DNA of 64,000 bases from an uncultured archaeon (GTDB lineage Archaea; Asgardarchaeota; Lokiarchaeia; Sigyniarchaeales; SOKP01): assembly GCA_964508365.1 (NCBI GenBank), contig CAZDTP010000010.1:14336-78335 (forward strand), given 5' to 3'. Below the pieces are notes generated by a model. The model ran no database searches, had not been told where the DNA came from, and worked only from the letters and a program-made list of their open reading frames with translations. Shown here piece by piece: positions 39,769 through 50,135 of the stretch (the first letter of the stretch is position 1; each line of letters begins with the position of its first letter). The position numbers and the translations under genes were made by a program.

Positions 39769-41310
39769 TTAGATCCTATAGTTTTTTATAGCATTTTTTA
39801 GATCTTTCATTTGGTTTAAATTTCCTGTTTTTATTTGGTTTACATCTTTCTTTTTTAATCCACTCAAATTATTTATAACAATTTTTTTCCATTTAAAATA
39901 TGAATTGAATGCTCGATAAACTCTAAAAGGATTGATAACATAGAAAATTCCTCTTGATCTAACAGTTCTACGGAGTAAATAATATTTATTTCTCGTATTT
40001 CCTCCATAATACCCAATTGAATAAAAACCAAGAAATAATAGTTTTTTAAGAATTTCTTGGCTAAGATTTAGGGTTTTTATCACAGGGTTAAGCCAATTAA
40101 ATTTACTATATTCTTCTGTTAAAAGTAGATCTTTTTCTTTAATTTCATCGTAAAATCTAGTTGATGGGAATGGAGTTAACAATGTAAAACTTGGTAAATC
40201 TAAGTTTAACTCTCCTGTTTTATAAATTGTTATAAGAACATCATCTACAGAATCGTTTAGGTTAGTTCCGATAATAACATTTCCCATTACTGTTATTTCG
40301 TTTTCATGTAAAACCTTTATACCCTCTTTAATTTGATTTATATTACACCCTTTAGCCACTGCTTTGAGTCCCTTGTCATCAGTTGCTTCGACGCCTACAA
40401 GAACAAGCCAAAAACCTGCTTCAGCCATTAACTTAACTACTTTAGGGTGTCTCGCCATTGAATCTAATCGTCCTTGAAAGAAAAAAAATAAATTTTTTCG
40501 TATTCTTCCCATTCTCTTGCCTTTTATAATTTCAAAGCATAATCTTCCAATACGTGTCATATTAACAAGAAAATTATCATCTACAACAAAAATATCACTA
40601 ATTTTTTTATTTTTAGAAATTATTTCTAATTCATTTATAACATTTTCAACTGATCTAGATCTCCATGTTTGATTATAGACCACATTAGTACTACAGAATT
40701 TGCATGCTTGTGGGCACCCACGAGAAGTCTCAATCGCGTCAATATTCATATTAAATATTTTGTATTTATAATTTCTTACCAAATGGCGAGACGGAAGCCT
40801 TAACTCATCCAAGTTTTCTAAAAATGGTCTATCTGGATTATGTATTAATTTTCCATTCATTTTATAGGATAGACCACGTATATTTAGTGGAGACCCCTTT
40901 TCAATTAATTCACGGAAAGTAAATTCACCCTCACCTCTAACCAAAATATCTATCCATGGAGAAGACAAAGTTTGCTCAATAGCTAATGTTGGATGCCACC
41001 CCCCAATAACAGTTGTAGAGCCATATAATTTAGCAATTTTTGCATGTTGTAAAACAGTATCAATGGCACTTGTAACTGGAACTGTTAATCCTACTAAATC
41101 TGGTTGATAATTTTCAATTTCCTTCTTAACTTGAGAAAAATTTAATTTAGCAGCTTTTGAATCTAATATTCTCACTTCTACTAAATCTTCTATATAAGCC
41201 GCAATATATTCAAAGGCTAGAGGAGGGAAGGCAGAATCATAAAAATCATAACCAGTTGTCTTATAATTTGCAACTAATAATAAAATTTTCTTCCATTTCA
41301 TAATTTTCAT
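39769..41310 (-). CDS. B12-binding radical SAM protein (tandem paralog)
   Basis: PDLVGLT, GGWHPT, VRGEGE, ETSRGCPQACKFC. Confidence 0.93.
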   Translation of the reverse strand: MKIMKWKKILLLVANYKTTGYDFYDSAFPPLAFEYIAAYIEDLVEVRILDSKAAKLNFSQVKKEIENYQPDLVGLTVPVTSAIDTVLQHAKIAKLYGSTTVIGGWHPTLAIEQTLSSPWIDILVRGEGEFTFRELIEKGSPLNIRGLSYKMNGKLIHNPDRPFLENLDELRLPSRHLVRNYKYKIFNMNIDAIETSRGCPQACKFCSTNVVYNQTWRSRSVENVINELEIISKNKKISDIFVVDDNFLVNMTRIGRLCFEIIKGKRMGRIRKNLFFFFQGRLDSMARHPKVVKLMAEAGFWLVLVGVEATDDKGLKAVAKGCNINQIKEGIKVLHENEITVMGNVIIGTNLNDSVDDVLITIYKTGELNLDLPSFTLLTPFPSTRFYDEIKEKDLLLTEEYSKFNWLNPVIKTLNLSQEILKKLLFLGFYSIGYYGGNTRNKYYLLRRTVRSRGIFYVINPFRVYRAFNSYFKWKKIVINNLSGLKKKDVNQIKTGNLNQMKDLKNAIKNYRI

Positions 41311-41462
41311 TTAATTTAGATTAATATTTAACTTCTAAGAAAATTTCGCTTTTATTTTACATGAGATTATATTTATATTATCAAGAAACTAAATACAAAA
41401 ACATTGGGTTTGAAAAATTCCTTTTTTATACTAAAAATATATAAAAAAAGAAACTCACTTAT

Positions 41463-42611
41463 TTATTTCTGTTTTGATAGATATCTAATTTTCACTAAAA
41501 GGTCTCGTAATTCCATTTTATCACTATCCGAGGTAATATATTTCTTTTTTACACCTTCTGAAAGTGGTATCGTTTCAATTTTATTCCCCTGAAGCGAAAC
41601 CATATTCCCAAATTTACCTTCCAAAACAAGATTCATAGCTGCTAATCCAAATCTCAATCCTAAAATTCTATCGAAGGAGTTAGGAGTTCCTGCTCGCATT
41701 GTGTGTCCCAAGACTACGCTTCTACACTCAAAATCCACTTCATTTTTCTGAAATTCCTCTTTCAAATCTTCTCTTAAATTGAGTTCGTCAACAATTATTT
41801 TGGATATATTCAATTTTACAAGTAAAGGGTTTCCATATGTATCTTTAGGTAATTTATCTATCGTTTCTTCTGATATTGTTTTAAAATCCTTTTTTAACGA
41901 CTCAGAATTTGGATAAGCTCCTTCTGAGGTGGCAATTATGTGATATTTGTACCCAGCATTAACTCTTTTTTTAAGCACATCAATAACATCCTTTTCTAAA
42001 CTAAACGGTGATTCAGGAACTAATATTATATCGGCACCAGCAGAAATCCCACTATACAATGTAAGAAATCCTGCGTCTCTTCCCATAACTTCTACTACAA
42101 ATACCCTTTGATGAGATCTTGCGGTAGTAGTTAAATTATCCATTGCGTTTGAAGCTAGTTGTACCGCACTCCAAAACCCAAATGTGTAATGCGTTCCCGC
42201 TAGATCGTTGTCGATCGTTTTTGGACATCCTATTACATTTGCCTTTGCGTATTTACACATAGCATCAGCAACACTCAAAGTGTCATCACCCCCAATTGCG
42301 ATTAACGCATCAATACCTAATTCATCTAATTTATTTACCAAATCCTTAGCAACTTCTTTTTTAGATTCTACTCCCTTGAAAGGATTAGTTCTGCTTGTGT
42401 ACAAAATTGTACCTCCTATTGTATGTAAATCATCATGCTCTGCTATGTTAAGAGGGATTGTTAGATTTTCTATAAGACCTTTCCAACCTTTGAGGATTCC
42501 AACGCATTCTATGCCTGCATCGTAAGCTTTTAACATAATTCCGTAAATAACTGAGTTTAAACCTGGGCAATCACCGCCTCCTGTGAGGATTCCAATTTTC
42601 TTAATTGTCAT
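41463..42611 (-). CDS. pfkA: 6-phosphofructokinase (PfkA family), PPi-type motifs
   Basis: TGGGDCPGLN, GGTILYTSR, GGDD, PKTIDND, EVMGR. Confidence 0.92.
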   Translation of the reverse strand: MTIKKIGILTGGGDCPGLNSVIYGIMLKAYDAGIECVGILKGWKGLIENLTIPLNIAEHDDLHTIGGTILYTSRTNPFKGVESKKEVAKDLVNKLDELGIDALIAIGGDDTLSVADAMCKYAKANVIGCPKTIDNDLAGTHYTFGFWSAVQLASNAMDNLTTTARSHQRVFVVEVMGRDAGFLTLYSGISAGADIILVPESPFSLEKDVIDVLKKRVNAGYKYHIIATSEGAYPNSESLKKDFKTISEETIDKLPKDTYGNPLLVKLNISKIIVDELNLREDLKEEFQKNEVDFECRSVVLGHTMRAGTPNSFDRILGLRFGLAAMNLVLEGKFGNMVSLQGNKIETIPLSEGVKKKYITSDSDKMELRDLLVKIRYLSKQK

Positions 42612-42688
42612 TTGATTTCACACTTTCTTTAATCTATATTTTAGATTTTATATCTATATAGAAATTATGATAATTTTATTTATTACTT

Positions 42689-43258
42689 TTAATTTAATTC
42701 TTTATTTTCAACTTTTTCAAACGAGTATTTTGATTCATCTTCAGGAATGATATAACTTCCTCCTCCTGTGTCAGTAATAATTAAAGTAAATGCAAATTCT
42801 CCCTTTAACGCCTTATGTAGATCATGTAAAATTTTATCAATTTCTTCTATTTGAACATCGTCCTTTTCGAGATTCTTGCGATAAATTAAAACGGCATTCT
42901 CAAATCGGTATAATATTCCCTCAACATTGGTGTAATAAAAATCGGCGTTTGGACCAGGCACTACAAATAATTCCAACTCCGGAATTTCTAATTTTCCAAC
43001 GGGGGAACGATAGATTTTTGAATTTAAATCTTTTTCATTTGAAACTCTTAATGTCATTATTCCTGGAGTATTGTTGGTAGTCAAAGGAATTATATCATTG
43101 TTAGTAAAATTACAAACGTTACATTCGAATTTAATAATTAACATTTTATCTCCGTCAGGTACGTCATAAGTTGTTTTATGAATTTTTATTTTACCCTTTT
43201 TACATGAAGGACATTTGAATGAAAATTCTTCTTCCTCATTTTTTGATTTTTCTGACAA
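42689..43258 (-). CDS. ZPR1 zinc-finger domain protein
   Basis: CPSC...CNVCNF, IPELE...PG, TNVEGIL, D..GGSYI. Confidence 0.9.
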   Translation of the reverse strand: MSEKSKNEEEEFSFKCPSCKKGKIKIHKTTYDVPDGDKMLIIKFECNVCNFTNNDIIPLTTNNTPGIMTLRVSNEKDLNSKIYRSPVGKLEIPELELFVVPGPNADFYYTNVEGILYRFENAVLIYRKNLEKDDVQIEEIDKILHDLHKALKGEFAFTLIITDTGGGSYIIPEDESKYSFEKVENKELN

Positions 43259-43498
43259 AATTAATCACATTCTACATTACTAGATTTTAGGTAATCGTTA
43301 TAATTAATTTTCAATAATTTCAGTGGCTAACTTATAAATTTTATCCAGAAATTTTTAATTTATTGCTAGTTACTTTACCTTAGTAGTTCTATTTAAGATA
43401 ATTTTATAAGTTATCCAAAAACAATAACAATATTATTGTTTTACGGCTTGTGTAATAATCAAAATTATAAGATCGAATAAATTGAAGGTTGGAAAAAA

Positions 43499-44083
43499 TT
43501 GACAGATAATGGTAAAATAGAAATTACCTTTCACGGTCGAGGAGGACAAACCGCTATAACTGCTAGTCAACTTCTAGCTCAATTGGCTTACGAAGAAAGT
43601 TTTAAAGACGCAATTGCGATACCTATTATTGGAGCAGAGAGGAGAGGGGCACCTATTCAAGCATTTACTAAATTATCAAGGAACAAAACGATAAAAACTT
43701 ACGATAGTGTAGTAAATCCCGATTACATTTTAATTTTTGACCCCTCACTATTAAATATTCCTAGAGTTTTGGAGACGATAAAAAGTGGAGTCACATTATT
43801 AATTAATACAAAAAATCCGATTGATACTTGTGAATTTCCCGAAAACATAAAAATTTATATTGTTGATGCTACAGGAATCTGTATAAAATTAGGATTTATG
43901 CATTCGAGTGGACCTATTTTGAACATTCCAATGCTGGGGGCATTTGGACAATTAACTGGCTTTTATAATTTAGACACTATGAAAAAAGTGATCTATAGCG
44001 AATATGGAGAAGCTAGGGGTAAGAAAAATTTAGAAGTTGCTGTCGAAGCTTACAATAGTGTTAAGGAGGTTGAATTTGAATGA
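43499..44083 (+). CDS. porC: 2-oxoacid:ferredoxin oxidoreductase gamma subunit
   Basis: FHGRGGQ, GAERRGAP, NIPMLGA. Confidence 0.9.
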   Translation: MTDNGKIEITFHGRGGQTAITASQLLAQLAYEESFKDAIAIPIIGAERRGAPIQAFTKLSRNKTIKTYDSVVNPDYILIFDPSLLNIPRVLETIKSGVTLLINTKNPIDTCEFPENIKIYIVDATGICIKLGFMHSSGPILNIPMLGAFGQLTGFYNLDTMKKVIYSEYGEARGKKNLEVAVEAYNSVKEVEFE

Positions 44084-44418
44084 ATAAGGTGAAATGGAAG
44101 AATATATGCGAAGACAAAGATAAGCGACCTGAAGTTCAAGAATATAAAAATTGGAAAGACCTACCTCCAATCCCAATATCCTTTCCTATTAAAGGAAGTA
44201 TAGGAACCACAGGAGATTGGAGAACGTTTAAACCTGTTATAGATCGGGATACTTGTACTAAATGTGGTATTTGCTGGATGTATTGCCCCGAAGGTACAAT
44301 AATCAGAAATAAAGAAGGAGAATTTGAAGTTGATTATGTATATTGTAAAGGTTGTGGTATATGCGCTAAAGAATGTCCCACAAAAAGTATAGAAATGGTT
44401 AGAGAGAGTGAAGTTTAA
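44080..44418 (+). CDS. porD: 2-oxoacid:ferredoxin oxidoreductase delta subunit (2x[4Fe-4S])
   Basis: TGDWRTFKP, CTKCGICWMYCP, YCKGCGICAKECP. Confidence 0.92.
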   Translation: MNKVKWKNICEDKDKRPEVQEYKNWKDLPPIPISFPIKGSIGTTGDWRTFKPVIDRDTCTKCGICWMYCPEGTIIRNKEGEFEVDYVYCKGCGICAKECPTKSIEMVRESEV

Positions 44419-45676
44419 TATGGTTGAAGCAAAAGAAGATTTTACACAGGAAAGAGAAACTAAAATAATTAAGGGAAATGTAGCAGCAGCTTACGGAGCG
44501 AAATCAGCACGAGTCCAAGTGATAAGTGCTTATCCTATTACCCCACAAACAACTGTGGTAGAAAAACTATCAGAGTTTGCTGATAACGGTGAGATGCCTG
44601 GGACTCAATATCTTAAATTCGAGTCAGAACACTCTGTGATGGCTGCTACTATTGGTGCAAGCACTGCAGGGACTCGTACTTTCACTGCTACTTCTGGACA
44701 AGGATTATTTTACATGTATGAAATGGTTCATTGGGCCGCAGGCGCTCGTTTACCTATAGTAACAACAATTGCTTCGAGAGGACCTGCCCCTCCATGGAAC
44801 ATTTGGGCAGATTTCACAGATATAATAAGTTGTAGAGATACTGGTTGGATGATTTCATTTGCATCGAGTCATCAAGAGATTTATGACGACATTTTAATGT
44901 CATATAAAATTAGCGAAGATCACGAAATTTTATTGCCTAAATTCGTAGCTTATGGTGGATTTACATTATCTCACACATCTAAACCTGTAACTCTAGAGGA
45001 TCAAGATGCTGTAGATGATTTTTTACCACCACTTCCAGATGAGAGAGGATGGCCCCATATTTTTCTCGATCCTGAAAGACCAATGATGCACGGGAATCTA
45101 ATCATGCCATCTGGTTTCTACAATGAATTTAGATTAAAAATTCACTATGCTCATACTATAGCAAAGCAAAAAATCAAGGATGTTACCACAGAATTCGAGA
45201 AAAAATTTGGCAGATCTTATGGAAATGGATTAATTGAAGAATATAAAATGAAAGATGCGGAAGTTGCTATACTTAACTATGGTGAACTTGCCATGCAGAT
45301 GGAAGAAGCCGTCGATGATCTTAGGAATGAAGGCTATAAAGTGGGATGTGTAAAATTAAGATATTTACGACCATTTCCAGTTGAAGATATAATACATATT
45401 GCTAATAAAGTTAAGGTTCTTGGCGTAGCTGACAGAGCTACTGCATTTGGATCTCCGACTGGGGGGCCCGTAAGTAGTGAAGTGAAAGCTGTTTTATATG
45501 GTTCTGGAGCATCGACAAAAATCTTACCTATTGTAATGGGTTTAGGTGGTAGAGAAGTTGGATTAGAACAACAAAAAAATCAATTAAAAGTATTGACTAA
45601 ATTAAATGAAACTGGAGAGTTTCCAAAAGATATGATTGAAGGAACTTTCTGGGATGGATTATTGGAGCTCGATTAA
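44408..45676 (+). CDS. porA: 2-oxoacid:ferredoxin oxidoreductase alpha subunit
   Basis: AYPITPQT, ESEHS, TATSGQG, RPFP, GLGGR. Confidence 0.93.
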   Translation: MKFNMVEAKEDFTQERETKIIKGNVAAAYGAKSARVQVISAYPITPQTTVVEKLSEFADNGEMPGTQYLKFESEHSVMAATIGASTAGTRTFTATSGQGLFYMYEMVHWAAGARLPIVTTIASRGPAPPWNIWADFTDIISCRDTGWMISFASSHQEIYDDILMSYKISEDHEILLPKFVAYGGFTLSHTSKPVTLEDQDAVDDFLPPLPDERGWPHIFLDPERPMMHGNLIMPSGFYNEFRLKIHYAHTIAKQKIKDVTTEFEKKFGRSYGNGLIEEYKMKDAEVAILNYGELAMQMEEAVDDLRNEGYKVGCVKLRYLRPFPVEDIIHIANKVKVLGVADRATAFGSPTGGPVSSEVKAVLYGSGASTKILPIVMGLGGREVGLEQQKNQLKVLTKLNETGEFPKDMIEGTFWDGLLELD

Positions 45677-45678
45677 AT

Positions 45679-46617
45679 ATGGTATCTATTAAAGAAGCAT
45701 TAGAAATAGGACAAGAAGAATATTTTTTAGCAGGGAATTCCACATGTGCTGGTTGCGGTCTTGAAATAGCTATAAGATGGGCTATGAAAGCTCTTGGACC
45801 AAATACCTCTCTCGTTACCCCTGCTAGTTGTTTAAATGTTGTTGTAGGTTTATGGCCAAAGACAGCACCAAACTTTCCCTTTATGAATATGGCGTTTGCT
45901 GCTGCTGCTGCTGCTGCCACAGGAATTTCAGCAGCTTTTAAAGTAAAAGCTCGTAGATTTCCAGGCAAAGTTTGGGAAAAAATGACAACTTTAGTTTTTG
46001 CTGGTGATGGGGGAACTACAGATATTGGAATTCAAGGTTTAAGTGGTGCTGCTGAAAGGAACTCTGATTTCATATATTGTTGTTACGATAATGAAGCATA
46101 TATGAATACTGGAATTCAACGATCGTCTAGTACTCCACATGGTGCAATAACAACTACAACCACATTAGGAAAAGAACGATATAAGAAAGACCTACCTAGA
46201 ATAATGGCGGCACACGATATTCCTTATGTTGCTACTTGTTCTGTAAGCGAACCTCTTGACATCTATGAGAAATTTAAAAAAGCAAAATCTATTGATGGTT
46301 GTAAGTATATTCATATTCTTGCCTCGTGTCCTCCTGGATGGGGTATTGCATCCGAAGATGCTATCGAAATTCCTCGATTAGCTGTTAAAACGGGATCTTG
46401 GATTTTATACGAAATCGAAAATGGTGTATTGACATTATCAAAAAAAAGTAAACCTTTGTTAGATCCCTCAAAAAGAGCTCCGCTAATTGAATACTTATCG
46501 AGACAAAAAAGATTTTCAAAATTGTCTGAAAAAGACTTAATTGAACTTCAAGAAATACTCGATCTTCAGTGGTCTAAAATCGCTGATGAATTATCCTGCC
46601 AAGAAAATCATCAGTGA
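45679..46617 (+). CDS. porB: 2-oxoacid:ferredoxin oxidoreductase beta subunit
   Basis: CAGCG, GDGGT.DIG, DNEAYMNTGIQRS, CPPGWG. Confidence 0.93.
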   Translation: MVSIKEALEIGQEEYFLAGNSTCAGCGLEIAIRWAMKALGPNTSLVTPASCLNVVVGLWPKTAPNFPFMNMAFAAAAAAATGISAAFKVKARRFPGKVWEKMTTLVFAGDGGTTDIGIQGLSGAAERNSDFIYCCYDNEAYMNTGIQRSSSTPHGAITTTTTLGKERYKKDLPRIMAAHDIPYVATCSVSEPLDIYEKFKKAKSIDGCKYIHILASCPPGWGIASEDAIEIPRLAVKTGSWILYEIENGVLTLSKKSKPLLDPSKRAPLIEYLSRQKRFSKLSEKDLIELQEILDLQWSKIADELSCQENHQ

Positions 46618-46712
46618 AGCTTTTTTTATTATATAATTAAGCAATAATCCAAATGAATCCAAATGGATTTTTTTAATAAAGTTTAAAGGAAGAGTTATTC
46701 TAGATTGAAATT

Positions 46713-48164
46713 ATGAGGAAGGAAGATATTTGTTTCATGTCTGCTTTTGAAATGGCAGAAAAAATTAAAACACAAGAGTTAACATCTCAAGAAATTATAG
46801 AGACGATCATCGAAAGAATTCAAAAGATAAACCCAATAATTAACGCTTATTGTACTCCAACGCTGGAATTAGCAAGAGAGATGGCAAAAGAAGCAGATGG
46901 AAGGGTAAAGGAAGGTAAGAAATTCGGAACCTTGAATGGAATTCCAATTTCTATAAAAGACGAAACTGAAGTAGAAGGAATACGAACTACATTTGGTAGT
47001 AAAATTTTTGAGAATAATAAACCGCGGAGAGACGATATAGTAGTTAAAAGAGCAAGAGAAGCTGGTACTGTGATTTTAGGTAAAACAAATACTCCCGCTT
47101 TTGGATTTAAGGGAGAAACAGATAATTTAATTTTTGGGGTTACCAAAAATCCTTGGAATTTAGAAAAAACTCCTGGAGGGTCTAGTGGCGGGGCTGCAGC
47201 AGCTGTAGCATCTGGACTGAGTCCATTAGCAATAGGCTCAGATGGTGGAGGATCTATTAGGATTCCTAGTAGTTTTTGCGGTACTTATGGACTCAAACCT
47301 ACTTTTGGTCGAGTTCCTCAAAGTAATATGTTTTTATTTGGTTATCTTGGTACATTTATTCATAAAGGTCCAATTGTTAGGTTTGTCAAGGATGCTGCAT
47401 TATTATTGGATGTGCTGGTAGGAGAGCACTTTTCGGATCGATACTCTTTACCTAAACCAAATTATAGTTATTTAGAAAAACTTGATGATAAACCTAAAAA
47501 ATTGAGAATTGGGTATTCCTTAGATTTAGGATTTGCGGAAGCACTCGATCCTCAAGTTGAAAAATCAGTTTTAGATGCTATTCAGAAATTTGAACAGTTA
47601 AACTGGTCAGTTGATAAGACTAAGCTTAAAGTGAAAAATCCTGAATCAATATTCTGGACTTTTTGGGCGTCGGGATTTGGTTATGCATTTCAACCTTTTT
47701 TGAAGAAATGGAAAGATAAAATGGATCCTGAATTTGTAGAGATTATTAATATGGGGTTAAGATTTTCCTCAGTAGACCTGAAAATGGCAGAAGTCCAAAG
47801 AGAAATGATATATCTTGACATTTCCAGACTTTTAAGAGATTTTGACATAATTATAACTCCAACTGTTGCGTGTCCTGCGTTTGAAATAGGTAAATCTGGA
47901 ATTCACGATATAGAAACGATGAAATCAAATTTAATTATAAATGAAAAAAGAGTTTCACTGTTAGGCTGGTTATCTTTTACATATCCATTCAATATAAGTG
48001 GTCATCCCGCAGCTACAATTCCCTGTGGTTGGTCTAGTGAGGGGCTACCAATAGGAATGCAAATTGTAGGAAAGAGATTTGATGAATTAACTGTCCTTCA
48101 AGTCTCAAAAGCTTTCGAAGATATATCTCCTTGGCAAGATAAAAGACCAATTGTTATTAAATAG
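46713..48164 (+). CDS. Amidase signature family protein
   Basis: GIPISIKD, TPGGSSGGAAAAVA, GSDGGGSIRIPSS. Confidence 0.95.
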   Translation: MRKEDICFMSAFEMAEKIKTQELTSQEIIETIIERIQKINPIINAYCTPTLELAREMAKEADGRVKEGKKFGTLNGIPISIKDETEVEGIRTTFGSKIFENNKPRRDDIVVKRAREAGTVILGKTNTPAFGFKGETDNLIFGVTKNPWNLEKTPGGSSGGAAAAVASGLSPLAIGSDGGGSIRIPSSFCGTYGLKPTFGRVPQSNMFLFGYLGTFIHKGPIVRFVKDAALLLDVLVGEHFSDRYSLPKPNYSYLEKLDDKPKKLRIGYSLDLGFAEALDPQVEKSVLDAIQKFEQLNWSVDKTKLKVKNPESIFWTFWASGFGYAFQPFLKKWKDKMDPEFVEIINMGLRFSSVDLKMAEVQREMIYLDISRLLRDFDIIITPTVACPAFEIGKSGIHDIETMKSNLIINEKRVSLLGWLSFTYPFNISGHPAATIPCGWSSEGLPIGMQIVGKRFDELTVLQVSKAFEDISPWQDKRPIVIK

Positions 48165-48251
48165 ATGAAATTTTACATTTAGAAATCTTCCAAACCCCCT
48201 ATCTAAGTATAAATAAAATTATTTAATGATAAAAAAAGTTAAGTTATATTC

Positions 48252-48920
48252 ATGGGTTTTTTAATAAAAATTAAAGGAAAAAACATTCAAGATTTAGAAT
48301 TTATATTCGAAATTGCAGTGGAGAACATTATTGAGGGTAAATTAATTGCTTATCCAACTAATTCCGTGTATGGTCTAGGAGGAAACCCACTTGATCTTGA
48401 AGTAGTGAATAAAATCTATGATATTAAGTATCGAGATCGATCAAAAGGACTAATATTATTAGTTGCAGATACTGAAGAAGCAGAAAAAATTGCAAAATTT
48501 AACAAAACAAGTTATAAGTTAGCCGAACGCTTCTGGCCTGGTCAATTAACCTTAATATTGAAAAGAAAAGAACCGAATATAATTCCTATGGAAGTTACTG
48601 CTTTTAAAAATACAATTGGTATACGCGTACCAGAAAACGAGATCGTCCTAACTATCCTAAGAAAGTTAAAATCAAAAGGATATTTTGGTGGAATAATTGG
48701 AACTTCAGCTAACTATTCTGGAGAACCTCCATCAATAAGCGGGGATCAAGTTGTTAAAAAATTTTTAACACCAATAGATCTAATACTTGATGGAGGAAAA
48801 ACAAAATCGCGAATTCCGACAACTATCATTGATTGCTCCTCACAAGAGTTAAAGATATTGAGAAATGGGATTATAACAGAAGAGGAAATTGAAGATTTTA
48901 TTGAATTAAATAAAGATTAA
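48252..48920 (+). CDS. sua5: Threonylcarbamoyl-AMP synthase (Sua5/YrdC)
   Basis: AYPTNSVYGLG, KYRD..K, FWPGQLT, IGIRVP, TSANYSG, PTTIID. Confidence 0.92.
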   Translation: MGFLIKIKGKNIQDLEFIFEIAVENIIEGKLIAYPTNSVYGLGGNPLDLEVVNKIYDIKYRDRSKGLILLVADTEEAEKIAKFNKTSYKLAERFWPGQLTLILKRKEPNIIPMEVTAFKNTIGIRVPENEIVLTILRKLKSKGYFGGIIGTSANYSGEPPSISGDQVVKKFLTPIDLILDGGKTKSRIPTTIIDCSSQELKILRNGIITEEEIEDFIELNKD

Positions 48921-48936
48921 CTAATTGGTGTAAATA

Positions 48937-49467
48937 TTGAATAACTTTAATTTATTAGTTTCGACCTCGAGATTTAACGAACTGAATGCAAAAGCAGAAA
49001 TCTGGTTTACTCTGTTAATGTGTGGTGATAAATATCCCATTATATCAGGGATCAAATATCCTGGATTAATAACTGCTGCAACCAATATTGAGAATAAAGA
49101 AGTTATAAAAAAGATCAAAAAAATCCTCGAAAAAGATCCCGATTTCTTTCAATTTATCCTTAAAATTGCCCCTATTGATTATGTGTGTGAAACAAACATA
49201 AATATAATAAAAGATTTTGTAGAAAAATATTACCCTCTTTATTTAAACAAAGAAGATTCTTTTAAGATCGAATTGAATCGTAGAAAAAACGAGATCATAG
49301 AAAGAGATACCTTTATTAAAGCGGTAGCAAAAATTATTAATAATAAAGTCGATTTGGATAATCCAGATAAAATTCTAAGAATTGAACTACTAGGAAATGT
49401 TAGTGGAATATCGTTTCTAAATCCCGATGATTTCATTATTATCCATAATAAGTATAATCAGTCCTAA
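48937..49467 (+). CDS. THUMP-domain RNA-binding protein
   Basis: FKIELNRR...KVDLDNPDKILRIELLG. Confidence 0.85.
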   Translation: MNNFNLLVSTSRFNELNAKAEIWFTLLMCGDKYPIISGIKYPGLITAATNIENKEVIKKIKKILEKDPDFFQFILKIAPIDYVCETNINIIKDFVEKYYPLYLNKEDSFKIELNRRKNEIIERDTFIKAVAKIINNKVDLDNPDKILRIELLGNVSGISFLNPDDFIIIHNKYNQS

Positions 49468-50135
49468 AAAGATCTCCTTTTCTCTAAACTTAATAAAGCC
49501 ATCTTTTCACATATTAGATCATTCAATGCTCCATATAACCTTTCTAAATTTAAAGTTTTTATATCTATTATGTCGTTTTTATATCCGTAAGACTTCAAGA
49601 CGGTTAAAATCTGGTTGTCAGAAAATTCAAAATACTTTTTGATGATTTCAAACTTATCAATAGATAAATTTCCTAAATCTAAACTTGTATCCTTGGAAAG
49701 CAAATAGTTATTTATTTCGATATTTACTTGCTGAATATTATCCTCTAGAGAGATAATACAAAAACTTATTCTTCTATTTTGTAAATTATAACTTTTTACC
49801 CCAAAACATTCGAGGCTTAGCTTTATTTGTCTTTTAGCAGCTAAGTATAGAAGTAATTCAAGATTCTTTTTATTTGAAATATTATTTTTAGTATAGAAGG
49901 CTTTTTGGACGAAATAACAAGCATGTATTATATGTTCTGGGTTTAGAATATATCTATCGTTGAAGAATTGTAAAATAGTATCTTCATAATGACTTTGGAT
50001 AACCTCAATTAATTCCACTAATTTGGTTATTTGAACTTCTTTGGGATCAATCTCAATCTGGTTAATTCCAATGTAGTAATTAGAAACTCCATTTGAATTT
50101 GTAATAGAATAGATTTTCATAAAGGTAAACTCCAT
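49464..50135 (-). CDS. cgi121: KEOPS subunit Cgi121
   Basis: LELLLYLAAKRQIKLSLECFG motif. Confidence 0.85.
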   Translation of the reverse strand: MEFTFMKIYSITNSNGVSNYYIGINQIEIDPKEVQITKLVELIEVIQSHYEDTILQFFNDRYILNPEHIIHACYFVQKAFYTKNNISNKKNLELLLYLAAKRQIKLSLECFGVKSYNLQNRRISFCIISLEDNIQQVNIEINNYLLSKDTSLDLGNLSIDKFEIIKKYFEFSDNQILTVLKSYGYKNDIIDIKTLNLERLYGALNDLICEKMALLSLEKRRSF

